DNA of 63,022 bases, the filler included, from an uncultured Methanosarcinales archaeon (GTDB lineage: Archaea > Nanobdellota > Nanobdellia > Woesearchaeales > CAZPJY01): NCBI GenBank assembly GCA_964587045.1. It is 3 parts of 3 records of this genome, joined end to end, with 100 filler letters (N's around TTAATTAATTAA, not from the genome) between each part and the next. Parts side by side here need not be neighbours in the genome. Positions count along the whole stretch, not along the records: positions 1 to 29,493 come from CAZPJY010000023.1; 2 more parts are not named here. The stretch is one strand, 5' to 3'. Shown in pieces: positions 10,415 through 19,431 of this stretch. Made by a program: the position numbers and the translations under genes. Each line of letters starts with the position of its first letter. The first letter of the stretch is position 1. The notes under the pieces are model-generated. The model made no database searches. It was given only the letters and a program-made list of their open reading frames with translations, and was not told the origin of the DNA.

Positions 10415-11182
10415 CTACAAGAGGCTGGCGACAGCGTTGATAGTCTTGGATGGGATGTCTTTCATCAGCCTCCAGCTCCTCGCGGGCAGGTCGATGAGCG
10501 TCAGCCCGAAGCATATCAGGATGAACTCTGCGTATATTTGCCAGGGAAGGATCCTCGCTGGTTCGAAGATTGCGTCAGGCAGGGAGTGGTTCAGGATGTG
10601 CACCAAAGAGAACTCGCCAACAAACACTGCTGTGAAGCCTAATAAGTCGCTGTATTCCTTGGCCAGGGTCTGCTTGTTCTTCTCAAGGAAGTGGATCAGC
10701 TTGGCAGGATTCTGGAAATGCTGCAACTGGTGGTTGACAGATGCGCTGAACCGGCCGATCGTTCCGAAATACATCTCCATATGCTGCTTGAACTCCTTTG
10801 CGTCCATCTTCCCCTCAAGGAAAGAGGCTTCCTGCTCCAGGAATGCGTGCTGGGCTGAGAGCAATTCAGAATAGTAGCTGTCGATAAGCTTAAGATGGGC
10901 CTGCTGCTCAGACCAAGTCCTGTCAATGCTGTTGATGAAGCTTTCCACATAGGCCTTGCCGTTCCTTAGGATCTCTAGGACATGCTTCTCCCTCTTGTTC
11001 AGCTGCTTGAGTCTTTCGACGGTGTGGGCCCTCCGTTGGGGTCGGAGACGGGATAGGTAGCTGTTTAGGGATTTGTAGTGTTTGAGCCTCTCCCTGTATA
11101 CCATGTCGTAAATCCTGATGGCCTGATGTGTCTTCTTCTGGATGTGCTCGAAACCTCTCAATGCTTCCATTACACTGCTCAT
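10415..11182 (-). CDS. Hypothetical helical protein with C-terminal hydrophobic segments
   Basis: 255-aa ORF filling the gap; AT-rich promoter region upstream. Confidence 0.6.
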   Translation of the reverse strand: MSSVMEALRGFEHIQKKTHQAIRIYDMVYRERLKHYKSLNSYLSRLRPQRRAHTVERLKQLNKREKHVLEILRNGKAYVESFINSIDRTWSEQQAHLKLIDSYYSELLSAQHAFLEQEASFLEGKMDAKEFKQHMEMYFGTIGRFSASVNHQLQHFQNPAKLIHFLEKNKQTLAKEYSDLLGFTAVFVGEFSLVHILNHSLPDAIFEPARILPWQIYAEFILICFGLTLIDLPARSWRLMKDIPSKTINAVASLL

Positions 11183-11261
11183 GCAAGAACCTTAGTTATT
11201 ATAATTCAAATATTTTTCCATAATCAGAGAATTTTTAAAGCAAGTCAGATTCTCACCTGTC

Positions 11262-12983
11262 ATGAGGGACAATATTTCTGTCATAGGGGTGATACCGCAG
11301 TATCCATCCCATTCCCAGCACAACATTTACGCAAAAGTAAGAATGCCGCCTGTCGGAATCATCTCCGTCCTGAGCCAGCTCGAGGACATGGATATCTATG
11401 CCATAGACGAAAACAACTACGGCGGGCCGCGAGACTTCACTGGGATGCCGGACCACTTCTTCCTGCAGAAGAACAATCCAGCCAAGGTCGCCATGTTCTA
11501 TGGTGGCATGAGCAACTCTGTGCCGCGGCTTTTTTCTGTTGCGCAGCAGTACAAGAAGTGGGGCGCGCTGACCGTGGCTGGAGGCAGCCATGTCGATGCG
11601 CTACCCAAGGAAGCATTGGGCTCGGGAATCGACATAGTCGTCCACGGCGAGGGCGAGGAGACCATTAAGGAGGTTATGGGAAGCATATTCACAAGCGGTG
11701 AGCTCGTCGAGGGCTACAAGAATTTGCTGCGAAGCATTAAAGGGATAAGCTTCATAGACGACAACCAGGAGTACAGGTTCACAGGTGTCAGGGAGCCCAT
11801 CCGGGACCTTGACGGCCTGAAACCCACTGACCTGACCCTCATCAAGCACCTCAGGAAGAGATGGACTGCTATACCTGTGAACCGCGGACGGGGCTGCAAC
11901 TTCAACTGCGAGTTCTGCGTGGTCAACAAGCAGTACGGACGCTTCAAGAGCGCCTCCATCAATTCAGCGCTCCAGCAGGTCATCAAGCATGCTGATATAG
12001 GATACAAAAGTTTCTTCATGACCGACGACAATTTCGCCCAGAACCCCGCGGAGGCCATCGAGCTGTGCAACGCCATAGGAGACTACAAGCGTCAGTTCAA
12101 CAAGAAAATCAGCATAACAGTCCAGGTGAGGACTGAAGTAGCCTACAACGACAAGCTGCTCGAGGCTATGAAATACGCCGGAGTGAATACGCTGGCAATA
12201 GGATATGAGAGCCCAATCAACGAAGAGCTCAAGGCCATGAGGAAGGGTGTGACTGTCGAAAAGCTCATCGAGAGGTCCAAGAAGCTCTCTGAGCACTTCT
12301 ACCTGCATGGCATGTTCATCTTTGGGTACCCGACTTTTAAGGATTCCAAATACAGGTCCAGCTTAACTCTTGAGGAGAGGGCCAAAGCGTACTATAGCTT
12401 CTTTCGGGCCGCAAGGATTGACACGATACAGGTCCTGAACGCCGTCCCCCTTCCTGGTTCAGAGCTCAGGCGCAGGCTCGTGGATGAGGGCCGCATTTTC
12501 CCTCTGGAGATGGTGGGATGGGACAAGTACGATGGCGCCTTCCTCTGCTACGACCCAACCCCTGAAGGGCTGGATGCCTACACCCTCCAGCACCTGCCTC
12601 GGCATCTCATGAAGAAGAGGTATCTGGGCAACTTCGCATCCCGCAACCTCAACTACGGCAACTGGATGACTTGGGTGGGCAACGCCTTGGGCTTCCCGTT
12701 GCAGTTCAGTGCTTTCTATGTCTCAAGGTTCGTCCATGACTCGGTGGAGAGGATGAGGGAGAGGAGGGTGGAGCTGCCGGACAGTAACCTGTTCCATCAG
12801 GCTCTCGTGGAGGCATGGGGAGACATCAAACGGAGATGGAGGAATCTGGGGATCAAAACTTACGCAGGGGAGATTGTCAGAGGATGGATGCGCGAGTACA
12901 AGAAGAGCGACCATGGGAAAAGACTCAGGGAAGCTATATCACAAAGTAAAGGCAAATCGATACCAACGCAATCAGCCCTGTGA
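11262..12983 (+). CDS. B12-binding-domain radical SAM protein
   Basis: RGRGCNFNCEFC, GGSHV, VHGEGE, TDDNF, GYES. Confidence 0.88.
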   Translation: MRDNISVIGVIPQYPSHSQHNIYAKVRMPPVGIISVLSQLEDMDIYAIDENNYGGPRDFTGMPDHFFLQKNNPAKVAMFYGGMSNSVPRLFSVAQQYKKWGALTVAGGSHVDALPKEALGSGIDIVVHGEGEETIKEVMGSIFTSGELVEGYKNLLRSIKGISFIDDNQEYRFTGVREPIRDLDGLKPTDLTLIKHLRKRWTAIPVNRGRGCNFNCEFCVVNKQYGRFKSASINSALQQVIKHADIGYKSFFMTDDNFAQNPAEAIELCNAIGDYKRQFNKKISITVQVRTEVAYNDKLLEAMKYAGVNTLAIGYESPINEELKAMRKGVTVEKLIERSKKLSEHFYLHGMFIFGYPTFKDSKYRSSLTLEERAKAYYSFFRAARIDTIQVLNAVPLPGSELRRRLVDEGRIFPLEMVGWDKYDGAFLCYDPTPEGLDAYTLQHLPRHLMKKRYLGNFASRNLNYGNWMTWVGNALGFPLQFSAFYVSRFVHDSVERMRERRVELPDSNLFHQALVEAWGDIKRRWRNLGIKTYAGEIVRGWMREYKKSDHGKRLREAISQSKGKSIPTQSAL

Positions 12984-13191
12984 ACCACATGAGGAGGGTT
13001 ATCACTCTCGTTTCTGAAATTCCCTTCACCATCTGACGTGAGGTTACCGCTAAGAAGACGGCGATGATGGCTAGGAAGGGTGCGAAGCCGTAATCCCCAA
13101 AGGTCAGCCAAAGCCCTGCAAGTGATATCAGAAGTCCGAGTCCTGCCGCTATGGCCCCAGTGGTGCGCATGTCCTTTTCAAAACTATCCAT
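12934..13191 (-). CDS. Small membrane protein
   Basis: Three hydrophobic segments in 85 aa. Confidence 0.55.
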   Translation of the reverse strand: MDSFEKDMRTTGAIAAGLGLLISLAGLWLTFGDYGFAPFLAIIAVFLAVTSRQMVKGISETRVITLLMWFTGLIALVSICLYFVI

Positions 13192-13277
13192 ACCAGGTTT
13201 TCCAGTTCTGCAGGTTTAAAAAAGTTGGCTTTTGGTTAAATAAAAATTTAATATACCAAAAGGCATCCCCATTTGGC

Positions 13278-13478
13278 ATGTTCGACTGGAAGACAGTGCT
13301 GGATCCCGAGCGGTTCAAGGAGCTCTACAGGAATGGAGCCGGGAAAGGTGTCTATGAGTGCGGGGCTTGCGGAACTCAGCTGTTTGCGAAGAAATACGGA
13401 AAGGATGACGGAATAGAGGTCTCGTGCAGGACCTGCAATGCGAACCTGGGCTATCTGCCCCACTCTTCCGTGAAATAG
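13278..13478 (+). CDS. 66-aa MsrB-like zinc-binding miniprotein
   Basis: WKTVLDPERF, GVYECGACGTQLF, EVSCRTCNANLG follow MsrB motifs in order; TATA-like sequence about 25 nt upstream. Confidence 0.6.
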   Translation: MFDWKTVLDPERFKELYRNGAGKGVYECGACGTQLFAKKYGKDDGIEVSCRTCNANLGYLPHSSVK

Positions 13479-13610
13479 TTGCACGTGCTCACGGCTCCGT
13501 CGAAAACCGCTGCCACATCTGCGTGCCGCGATTCTGTATTGCTAGTTTCGGCATGGCCTGGAGCCGGGCTCACCGATACTTTTTTATTCCAAATGCTCCC
13601 AGTCCTGCCC

Positions 13611-13940
13611 ATGGCCCACCCGCCGGCGTTTTTCTTCGTCCTGATTGTCGGAGAGAGCATGCTCCACTTCCTTGCGCCGGAGCAGGTGCTGCACAGGTAC
13701 GTAACCTACTTGGGATTGATTCCACTCGCCCTTGGCATCTGGCTCTACATCTGGGGCAACAAATCCGCCCGCATCGGCAGGCATCCGACCTACCTGGCCA
13801 TGCTCTCTATACTAATTGGGGAGGCCATCCTGCTCGGCTCGGTAGTGAGCTTCCTCGGCCCTGCTATGTTCGTCATAGTCATCGAGTTACTGATCATGCG
13901 GGGCAAGAAGCAGATCCTGGATTTCCTCTTCGGGATTTGA
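13611..13940 (+). CDS. Internally deleted ICMT/PEMT-like membrane protein
   Basis: RHPTYL..LIGEAILLGS resembles the paralog at 18732; GPFR and C-terminal motifs are missing. Confidence 0.55.
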   Translation: MAHPPAFFFVLIVGESMLHFLAPEQVLHRYVTYLGLIPLALGIWLYIWGNKSARIGRHPTYLAMLSILIGEAILLGSVVSFLGPAMFVIVIELLIMRGKKQILDFLFGI

Positions 13941-15170
13941 CTACTCATACCTCAATGCGTCGACAGGCTTCAGCCGAGAGGCTTGGTATGCTGGAACGAT
14001 TCCTGCGAGGATTCCCACTCCCATGGACACGGTCAAAGCGAGCACCATAGAGTTGACTGACACCACAGTGTTTGCAAACATCCTAACTCCATTCATGAGT
14101 GCCGGCAGGAAGCCGGAAAGGATGATCCCAAACATTATTCCGAGTATCCCGCCCACCAGCCCGATGAGCATGGAGTTGAACAAGAATATGAGCATGATGT
14201 CCCTGTTCCTGGCGCCTATCGCCTTCATGATCCCTATCTCCTTGGTCTTCTCCAGCACCGACGTGAACATCGTATTCGCTATACCGACGGCGCCGACTAT
14301 CAACGACACGCCGGCAATCGCTAGGAGGAATGTGTTTATCGAAGACATCATCGAGGTCCGCGTCTCGTTGAACTGGGCGTTGGAACTGACGGTGAAATCC
14401 TTGGTCTTCTCGGTCACATGCCTGCTGATCATGAGCTTATCCGTAATCTTGGTGACTGTCTCGTCCAGCTTGTTCTCATCCTTAATCTTCACGATTATGG
14501 AATCGTACACGCCGTTCTCTTTGTCCGTCAGGAGGTTGTAAGCCATCTGGATTGGCATGTAGATACTGGTGCTCGTATCGTCTAGGATGCCGACTATCCT
14601 GTAGATGTTGCCCTCTATGGTGAGCATCTTGTTGACGCCCAGGGGCTGGTCGAAGTAGGTGTCAGCGAGCCTGCCCCCGATGACGATCGTGTTTTGGTCT
14701 GCCGGCCCGAGCATGCGGCCGTCCCTTATTTTTTCTGTCGTTATCTCAGACCAGACCTTCTGGTCGACTCCGGTAAGGCTCACGGTTCCTGATTTCCCGA
14801 GGTAAGTGACCTCGACGTTGCCTCTGACTTGGGGGTCTATCAGCTCGATTTCCGGTATGCCGCGCAGCACTTGGACATCCTTTCTGTCGACCACGACCTT
14901 CTCAGCCGTCGCTGAGGCGCTGCCGAAGCCGCTGTCCCCGAACCTGCCCATCATGTTGAACCCCCTCGAGAAGCCCGCGGTGATGGTCACGATGTCCATG
15001 CCGAAGTCCCCGAACTGGGTGTTCATCTCTGCTTCCATGCCCGCGCCTAAAGACATGATGGCAACGACCGCACCAACTCCTATCACTATGCCGATGATGG
15101 TCAGCCAGCTTCGCAGCCGGCTGTGCAGGACCATGCTGAAAGCATGCTTGAGCACTTTGTGTAGCTTCAT
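13941..15170 (-). CDS. MacB/FtsX-family ABC permease
   Basis: LRSWLTIIGIVIGV, SVLEKTKEIGIMKAIGA, ASRLKPVDALRYE. Confidence 0.93.
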   Translation of the reverse strand: MKLHKVLKHAFSMVLHSRLRSWLTIIGIVIGVGAVVAIMSLGAGMEAEMNTQFGDFGMDIVTITAGFSRGFNMMGRFGDSGFGSASATAEKVVVDRKDVQVLRGIPEIELIDPQVRGNVEVTYLGKSGTVSLTGVDQKVWSEITTEKIRDGRMLGPADQNTIVIGGRLADTYFDQPLGVNKMLTIEGNIYRIVGILDDTSTSIYMPIQMAYNLLTDKENGVYDSIIVKIKDENKLDETVTKITDKLMISRHVTEKTKDFTVSSNAQFNETRTSMMSSINTFLLAIAGVSLIVGAVGIANTMFTSVLEKTKEIGIMKAIGARNRDIMLIFLFNSMLIGLVGGILGIMFGIILSGFLPALMNGVRMFANTVVSVNSMVLALTVSMGVGILAGIVPAYQASRLKPVDALRYE

Positions 15171-16426
15171 CTGCGCCTGAATAGCCTGAACTGCGGGTTT
15201 CGCATCTTCTTCTTGCGGTACCATCCCCTGAAAACAAACAGGAGAACCAAGGCTGCGAAGCCGAGGATGTACCATCTGTACTGGTCCCACGGGCTCGACT
15301 GCTGGACAAATGTGCCTCTCTGCCTGAAGTTACTGCTGAACTGGGTTGCATTCGCAGTGCTTGTGGTGGCACCGTAATCTACCTCTTTGATTACAGTCTG
15401 CCTTGCGCCCTTGGTATCCGTGTAGTCGACTCTGATATCGATTGTTGATTGCAGCTGCCTGTTATCGGTCGGCTTCCGCTGAATAGTGTAGCTGGCCACA
15501 GTGTAGTCGCCTTTGTCGAGGTTGCCGATTATTGCGGAGCTTGATCCGGTCACAGCCCACCCGTCCTGGTTTGGCACCGATACGACGACTGAGTAGGAGG
15601 GGTTGGAACCGATGTTTGCGATGCTGAACGAAGTCTCTCCGTCGCTGGTATCAGAGTATGAAACGTCGAAGTCGGTCGCGCCTCCGACATATATCCCTGC
15701 GATGGTGTTTATCACCTTGTCAGAACCTGTTGACGACTCCTCATACGCAAGCGAGAGGTCAAGCCTGTACAGGCCCGGGACCGCGTCTGAGTCTGCCACG
15801 ACCTCATAGGTCACGTCCTGACTCTGTCCGACGTCGAGATTATTGATGTACTTCATGTTGTCGCTGCCGACGGGGAGGATGACGCTGTCCTCGTTTTGCC
15901 AGGAGAACGACAGGTCACGTAGGGACGAGCTTCCCACGTTGGTGATCCTGAAGGTCAGGTTGGTGTTCTTACCTGGGAGCAGGTCAGTCTTGTCGATGTG
16001 GATGATCTCAGCGCTCTCTTTGTTACGGACATCTAGCATTATGCTCTGCTCGAGCATGACATCCTGGTTGGCGCTTTTGGTTCCAACTGTGAGTGAGTAA
16101 GTCCCTGCAGAGGCTTCCGGGTCGATCTTTACCTTGAACTTCACTATCTTCGATTGCTCATCGCTTTGGTAGGCCGTGAGTGTTCCAACATTGATAGTGC
16201 TGGCCTGTCCCGAAGGTATGGAGAAAGGATATGTGGGAATGATCTGCATCACTATGTCTTCTATAGGGTTCTTTCCAGTGTTTTCGAAAGCGAGCCGGAG
16301 TTCGACCAGATCACCTGCATCGCCGGGGTCCGGGTTCTGGTTGACCAGGCTTACTGACAGCGCGCCTTGCACCATTGGGACCATCAGGACGATTAGTATT
16401 CCGATTATTAATAGGTGTGATTTCAT
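15167..16426 (-). CDS. COG1361 S-layer-domain protein
   Basis: Signal peptide, NQNPDP..GD.VELR, Ig-like repeats, C-terminal TM and basic tail. Confidence 0.8.
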   Translation of the reverse strand: MKSHLLIIGILIVLMVPMVQGALSVSLVNQNPDPGDAGDLVELRLAFENTGKNPIEDIVMQIIPTYPFSIPSGQASTINVGTLTAYQSDEQSKIVKFKVKIDPEASAGTYSLTVGTKSANQDVMLEQSIMLDVRNKESAEIIHIDKTDLLPGKNTNLTFRITNVGSSSLRDLSFSWQNEDSVILPVGSDNMKYINNLDVGQSQDVTYEVVADSDAVPGLYRLDLSLAYEESSTGSDKVINTIAGIYVGGATDFDVSYSDTSDGETSFSIANIGSNPSYSVVVSVPNQDGWAVTGSSSAIIGNLDKGDYTVASYTIQRKPTDNRQLQSTIDIRVDYTDTKGARQTVIKEVDYGATTSTANATQFSSNFRQRGTFVQQSSPWDQYRWYILGFAALVLLFVFRGWYRKKKMRNPQFRLFRRR

Positions 16427-17106
16427 GATGACACCTCCTTGATTATTTGTCCATCTTTGAGTTCTATCCTTGTATGAGCGTACTTGGCAAGATTGAGGTC
16501 GTGCGTGACCATGATGATGGTCTTGCCGTCCTTCCACAGCTTGGTCAGGGTCTCCATCAGGTTCTTCCCGGTGACGCTGTCCAGCGCGCCCGTGGGTTCG
16601 TCTGCCAGTATAATCTCCGGGTCAGCTGCGAGACTTCTCGCTATGGAGACCCTCTGCTGCTGGCCGCCTGAGAGCTGCGTCGGAAGGTGGTGTGACTTGT
16701 CTTCGAGATCAACGACTTTGATTATCTCCTTGACCCTCCTGACAGCCTCGCGCTCCGGCATCTCGAGGAACTCGAGGGGTAGCATGATGTTTTCGAATGC
16801 TGTGATGGACGGGATCAGGTTGTACTGCTGGAAGACAAATCCGATTGTATGCCCCCTGAAGAGGGCAAGGTTGGATTCGGATAGCTTGCTGATGTCCTTG
16901 CCCTTGAGAAATACCTTCCCTTGGGTTGGGATGTCGAGGCATCCGATCAGGTTCATGAGAGTTGACTTGCCGCTGCCTGAAGCGCCTATCACCACGACGA
17001 AATCTCCCTGTTTTATCTCAAGGCTGATGTCCTTAAGGGCGGGCACCTTGACCTGGCCCATCTTGTAGGTCTTCCACACGTTCTCAAGCTTTATGAGTGG
17101 GGCCAT
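16423..17106 (-). CDS. LolD/MacB-type ABC ATP-binding protein
   Basis: GASGSGKST, LSGGQQQR, ILADEPTG, VTHD. Confidence 0.95.
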   Translation of the reverse strand: MAPLIKLENVWKTYKMGQVKVPALKDISLEIKQGDFVVVIGASGSGKSTLMNLIGCLDIPTQGKVFLKGKDISKLSESNLALFRGHTIGFVFQQYNLIPSITAFENIMLPLEFLEMPEREAVRRVKEIIKVVDLEDKSHHLPTQLSGGQQQRVSIARSLAADPEIILADEPTGALDSVTGKNLMETLTKLWKDGKTIIMVTHDLNLAKYAHTRIELKDGQIIKEVSS

Positions 17107-17186
17107 CGCATCTGCACCTTTTGTAGCAAGCAATCACTAGGAACTTATAAATCAGATGGACTTTAGGTTCATAGAAATAAAAAAAA

Positions 17187-17648
17187 TTAGTTGAGACACC
17201 CTTCCCTGGGGAAGCCGCCGCCCATCCTGCCTCGCTGGATGCCAAGCTCTTCGGACAGCTCATGTACCCTTTCGCTCGCCTGGTGCATCTCGACATACTT
17301 GCCGAAATTTTCTGCGGTTATCTGGTCAGCGAAAGGCGGTGCGTGGCCAAGCTTGTCTATCGCAGCTTTCCATGCATCATAGCCCTCATCCATTGCAGCC
17401 GCGATCTGGGCCTGTGCCTGCTCCCTTTCCTGGAGGAAAACGACACGCTCCTGGAACTGCTCTTCGGTAAGCTTTTGCCTCATGAACGGCCTGTCGCTGT
17501 CATTAAAAGCCTGCAGGTACGTTTCGTAATCGCCAGATTCCAATGAGGACTCGATCCCGCCGTTCCTCCACTGAAACGCTGCTGCTCCCACAGACACGAT
17601 CCCCATGATGAAGATCGCGAGGAGAGCATATGCCATTGTTTTCTTCAT
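17187..17648 (-). CDS. Secreted helical hypothetical protein
   Basis: Signal peptide; GAGGTGA RBS; Gly/Met-rich tail. Confidence 0.7.
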   Translation of the reverse strand: MKKTMAYALLAIFIMGIVSVGAAAFQWRNGGIESSLESGDYETYLQAFNDSDRPFMRQKLTEEQFQERVVFLQEREQAQAQIAAAMDEGYDAWKAAIDKLGHAPPFADQITAENFGKYVEMHQASERVHELSEELGIQRGRMGGGFPREGCLN

Positions 17649-17772
17649 TTCCTCTCACCTCAGGTTATGTTGGTAAGGGAAAACCTGCTGATAATATTTA
17701 AGCTGGAAGAAGCTGGAATGTACACTGATAATCCATTTATTTTAAATAATGAGGCTCATTTTCGCGTTTTGT

Positions 17773-18420
17773 ATGGCATTACCTCCATTCTTCGATCCGA
17801 CACAATGGGGAATAGAACTTGTCTATACTATGGTCGTTGTAGTTCTTTGCTTCTTTATATACCTGCGAACCAGGGAAATGGCAGAGCTGACACGTTATAA
17901 GGGCATCGGTTACTTCAGGACTGCATTCCTGCTATTCGGGCTGACCTTCGTTTTGAGGTTCGTGCTCCACCTGTCGCGCATTGGAAGCTTTGGAATGCCG
18001 CCGCACCCAGGATTCTTCCTGTTTCCCCTCCTGATGGTGCCTGTGAGCTACCTGAGCACCCTGGCCCTGTTCTACCTGCTTTACAGCACGATGTGGAAGA
18101 GGCTGCCCTACAGTCGATTCGTCTGGGTAGCGAATGTTGCGGCTTTCCTGGTGATGGTATTCGCCTTCTTCACGAGATCGCCTGAAATCGTGACCTTCCT
18201 TCAACTGGTGCTGATGGTTGTAATCCTGGTGATGGCAGCGAGGGCCAAGAAGAAACGCCACAGCACTGTCCTCTACACACTAGTCGTCGCGGCGTGGCTG
18301 CTGAGCCTTCTCGCGCTTGGCAGGTACAGGATGATTTTCGAGTTCAAGCTGCTGGCCCAGCTAGTATCTGTAGTCGCATTCATAGCTGTGTATTTCAAGG
18401 TTCGCAAGTGGACAAAATGA
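17773..18420 (+). CDS. Polytopic (about 7 TM) membrane protein
   Basis: About seven hydrophobic segments; ATGA-coupled to a wHTH gene. Confidence 0.7.
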   Translation: MALPPFFDPTQWGIELVYTMVVVVLCFFIYLRTREMAELTRYKGIGYFRTAFLLFGLTFVLRFVLHLSRIGSFGMPPHPGFFLFPLLMVPVSYLSTLALFYLLYSTMWKRLPYSRFVWVANVAAFLVMVFAFFTRSPEIVTFLQLVLMVVILVMAARAKKKRHSTVLYTLVVAAWLLSLLALGRYRMIFEFKLLAQLVSVVAFIAVYFKVRKWTK

Positions 18421-18692
18421 GTAGGAAAAGGGAGCGCTTGGAAGTAATATATGACATCCTAAAGATCATCAGGGACAGGAAAAACTCGATCAAACCCACT
18501 CCGCTCCTGCGGTATTCGAACCTTTCATCCGCAAGCTTCTCCGACTACTACAAGGAACTGCTGGACAAGGAGCTCGTAAAGGAGATAGGCGACAAGAAAG
18601 GAAGGAAATATATAACCCTGACGGACAGGGGCTTCCGCTACCTGGAGAAGTACAAGACTATCCTCGGGTTCATCGAGGAATTCGACCTCTAG
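18417..18692 (+). CDS. Archaeal winged-helix regulator (HTH_45-like)
   Basis: KRERLEVIYDIL, PTPLLRYSNLS, YITLTDRGFRYL. Confidence 0.85.
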   Translation: MSRKRERLEVIYDILKIIRDRKNSIKPTPLLRYSNLSSASFSDYYKELLDKELVKEIGDKKGRKYITLTDRGFRYLEKYKTILGFIEEFDL

Positions 18693-18731
18693 CCGATACC
18701 TTTTTATCCCTTAATGCCCACCCAAGCCGGC

Positions 18732-19163
18732 ATGCTACCGCCAACATATTTCATTGCGCTTCTCATACTTGAGCCCTTTCTTTGCCTTATTCTCCCGTAT
18801 AAAATATTGGGATGGCCGTTGGCCCTCGTTGGAATCGTCCCAATGGCCTTCGGCGCCGTCCTCAACATCTGGACCGATCTCATCTTCAAACGCGCTGGGA
18901 CGACGGTGAAGCCTGGGGAAAATCCCTCACGGCTGATCACGTGGGGCCCTTTCAGGATCAGCAGGCACCCCATGTACTTGGGGATGGCTGCAATCCTCTT
19001 CGGCGAGGCCATTCTCTTAGGTTCCGCCTTCACCCTCCTAGCCCCATCGGTCTTCATCGCTATAATGGAGCTGCGCTTCATACCTTTGGAGGAGGGAAAT
19101 CTTGAGAAAGCTTTCAGGAGTAGCTACGGCGCCTACCGAACTCGGGTCCGTCGCTGGCTCTAG
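18732..19163 (+). CDS. Isoprenylcysteine carboxylmethyltransferase-family protein
   Basis: LITWGPFRISRHPMYLG, EEGNL..F..SY.AY..RVRRWL. Confidence 0.88.
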   Translation: MLPPTYFIALLILEPFLCLILPYKILGWPLALVGIVPMAFGAVLNIWTDLIFKRAGTTVKPGENPSRLITWGPFRISRHPMYLGMAAILFGEAILLGSAFTLLAPSVFIAIMELRFIPLEEGNLEKAFRSSYGAYRTRVRRWL

Positions 19164-19399
19164 TCCTTGCGCCTGGCTCCGGCCAAAGCGGCGAACACAG
19201 ATATGAATATCGCTACCTTAAAGGATGTCCACCACGTGATGGTGCCAGCAATAAGCCCCCCAGCGACTGCTCCTGGGAAGATGTCTGGGATGGTCCAGGC
19301 CCACAGCAGCTTGATGAGCAGCAGCGAGACTATCAGCACGACCGCGAAGATTATCAGACCTGTGCCGAAGACGAAAAGCCATGGTCTTCTTCTTGCCAT
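19160..19399 (-). CDS. Small membrane protein
   Basis: 79 aa, two hydrophobic segments flanking WAWTIPDIFPGAV. Confidence 0.65.
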   Translation of the reverse strand: MARRRPWLFVFGTGLIIFAVVLIVSLLLIKLLWAWTIPDIFPGAVAGGLIAGTITWWTSFKVAIFISVFAALAGARRKD

Positions 19400-19431
19400 G
19401 CAGTGGGGGGAAATGGTTTGATATTTAAACG

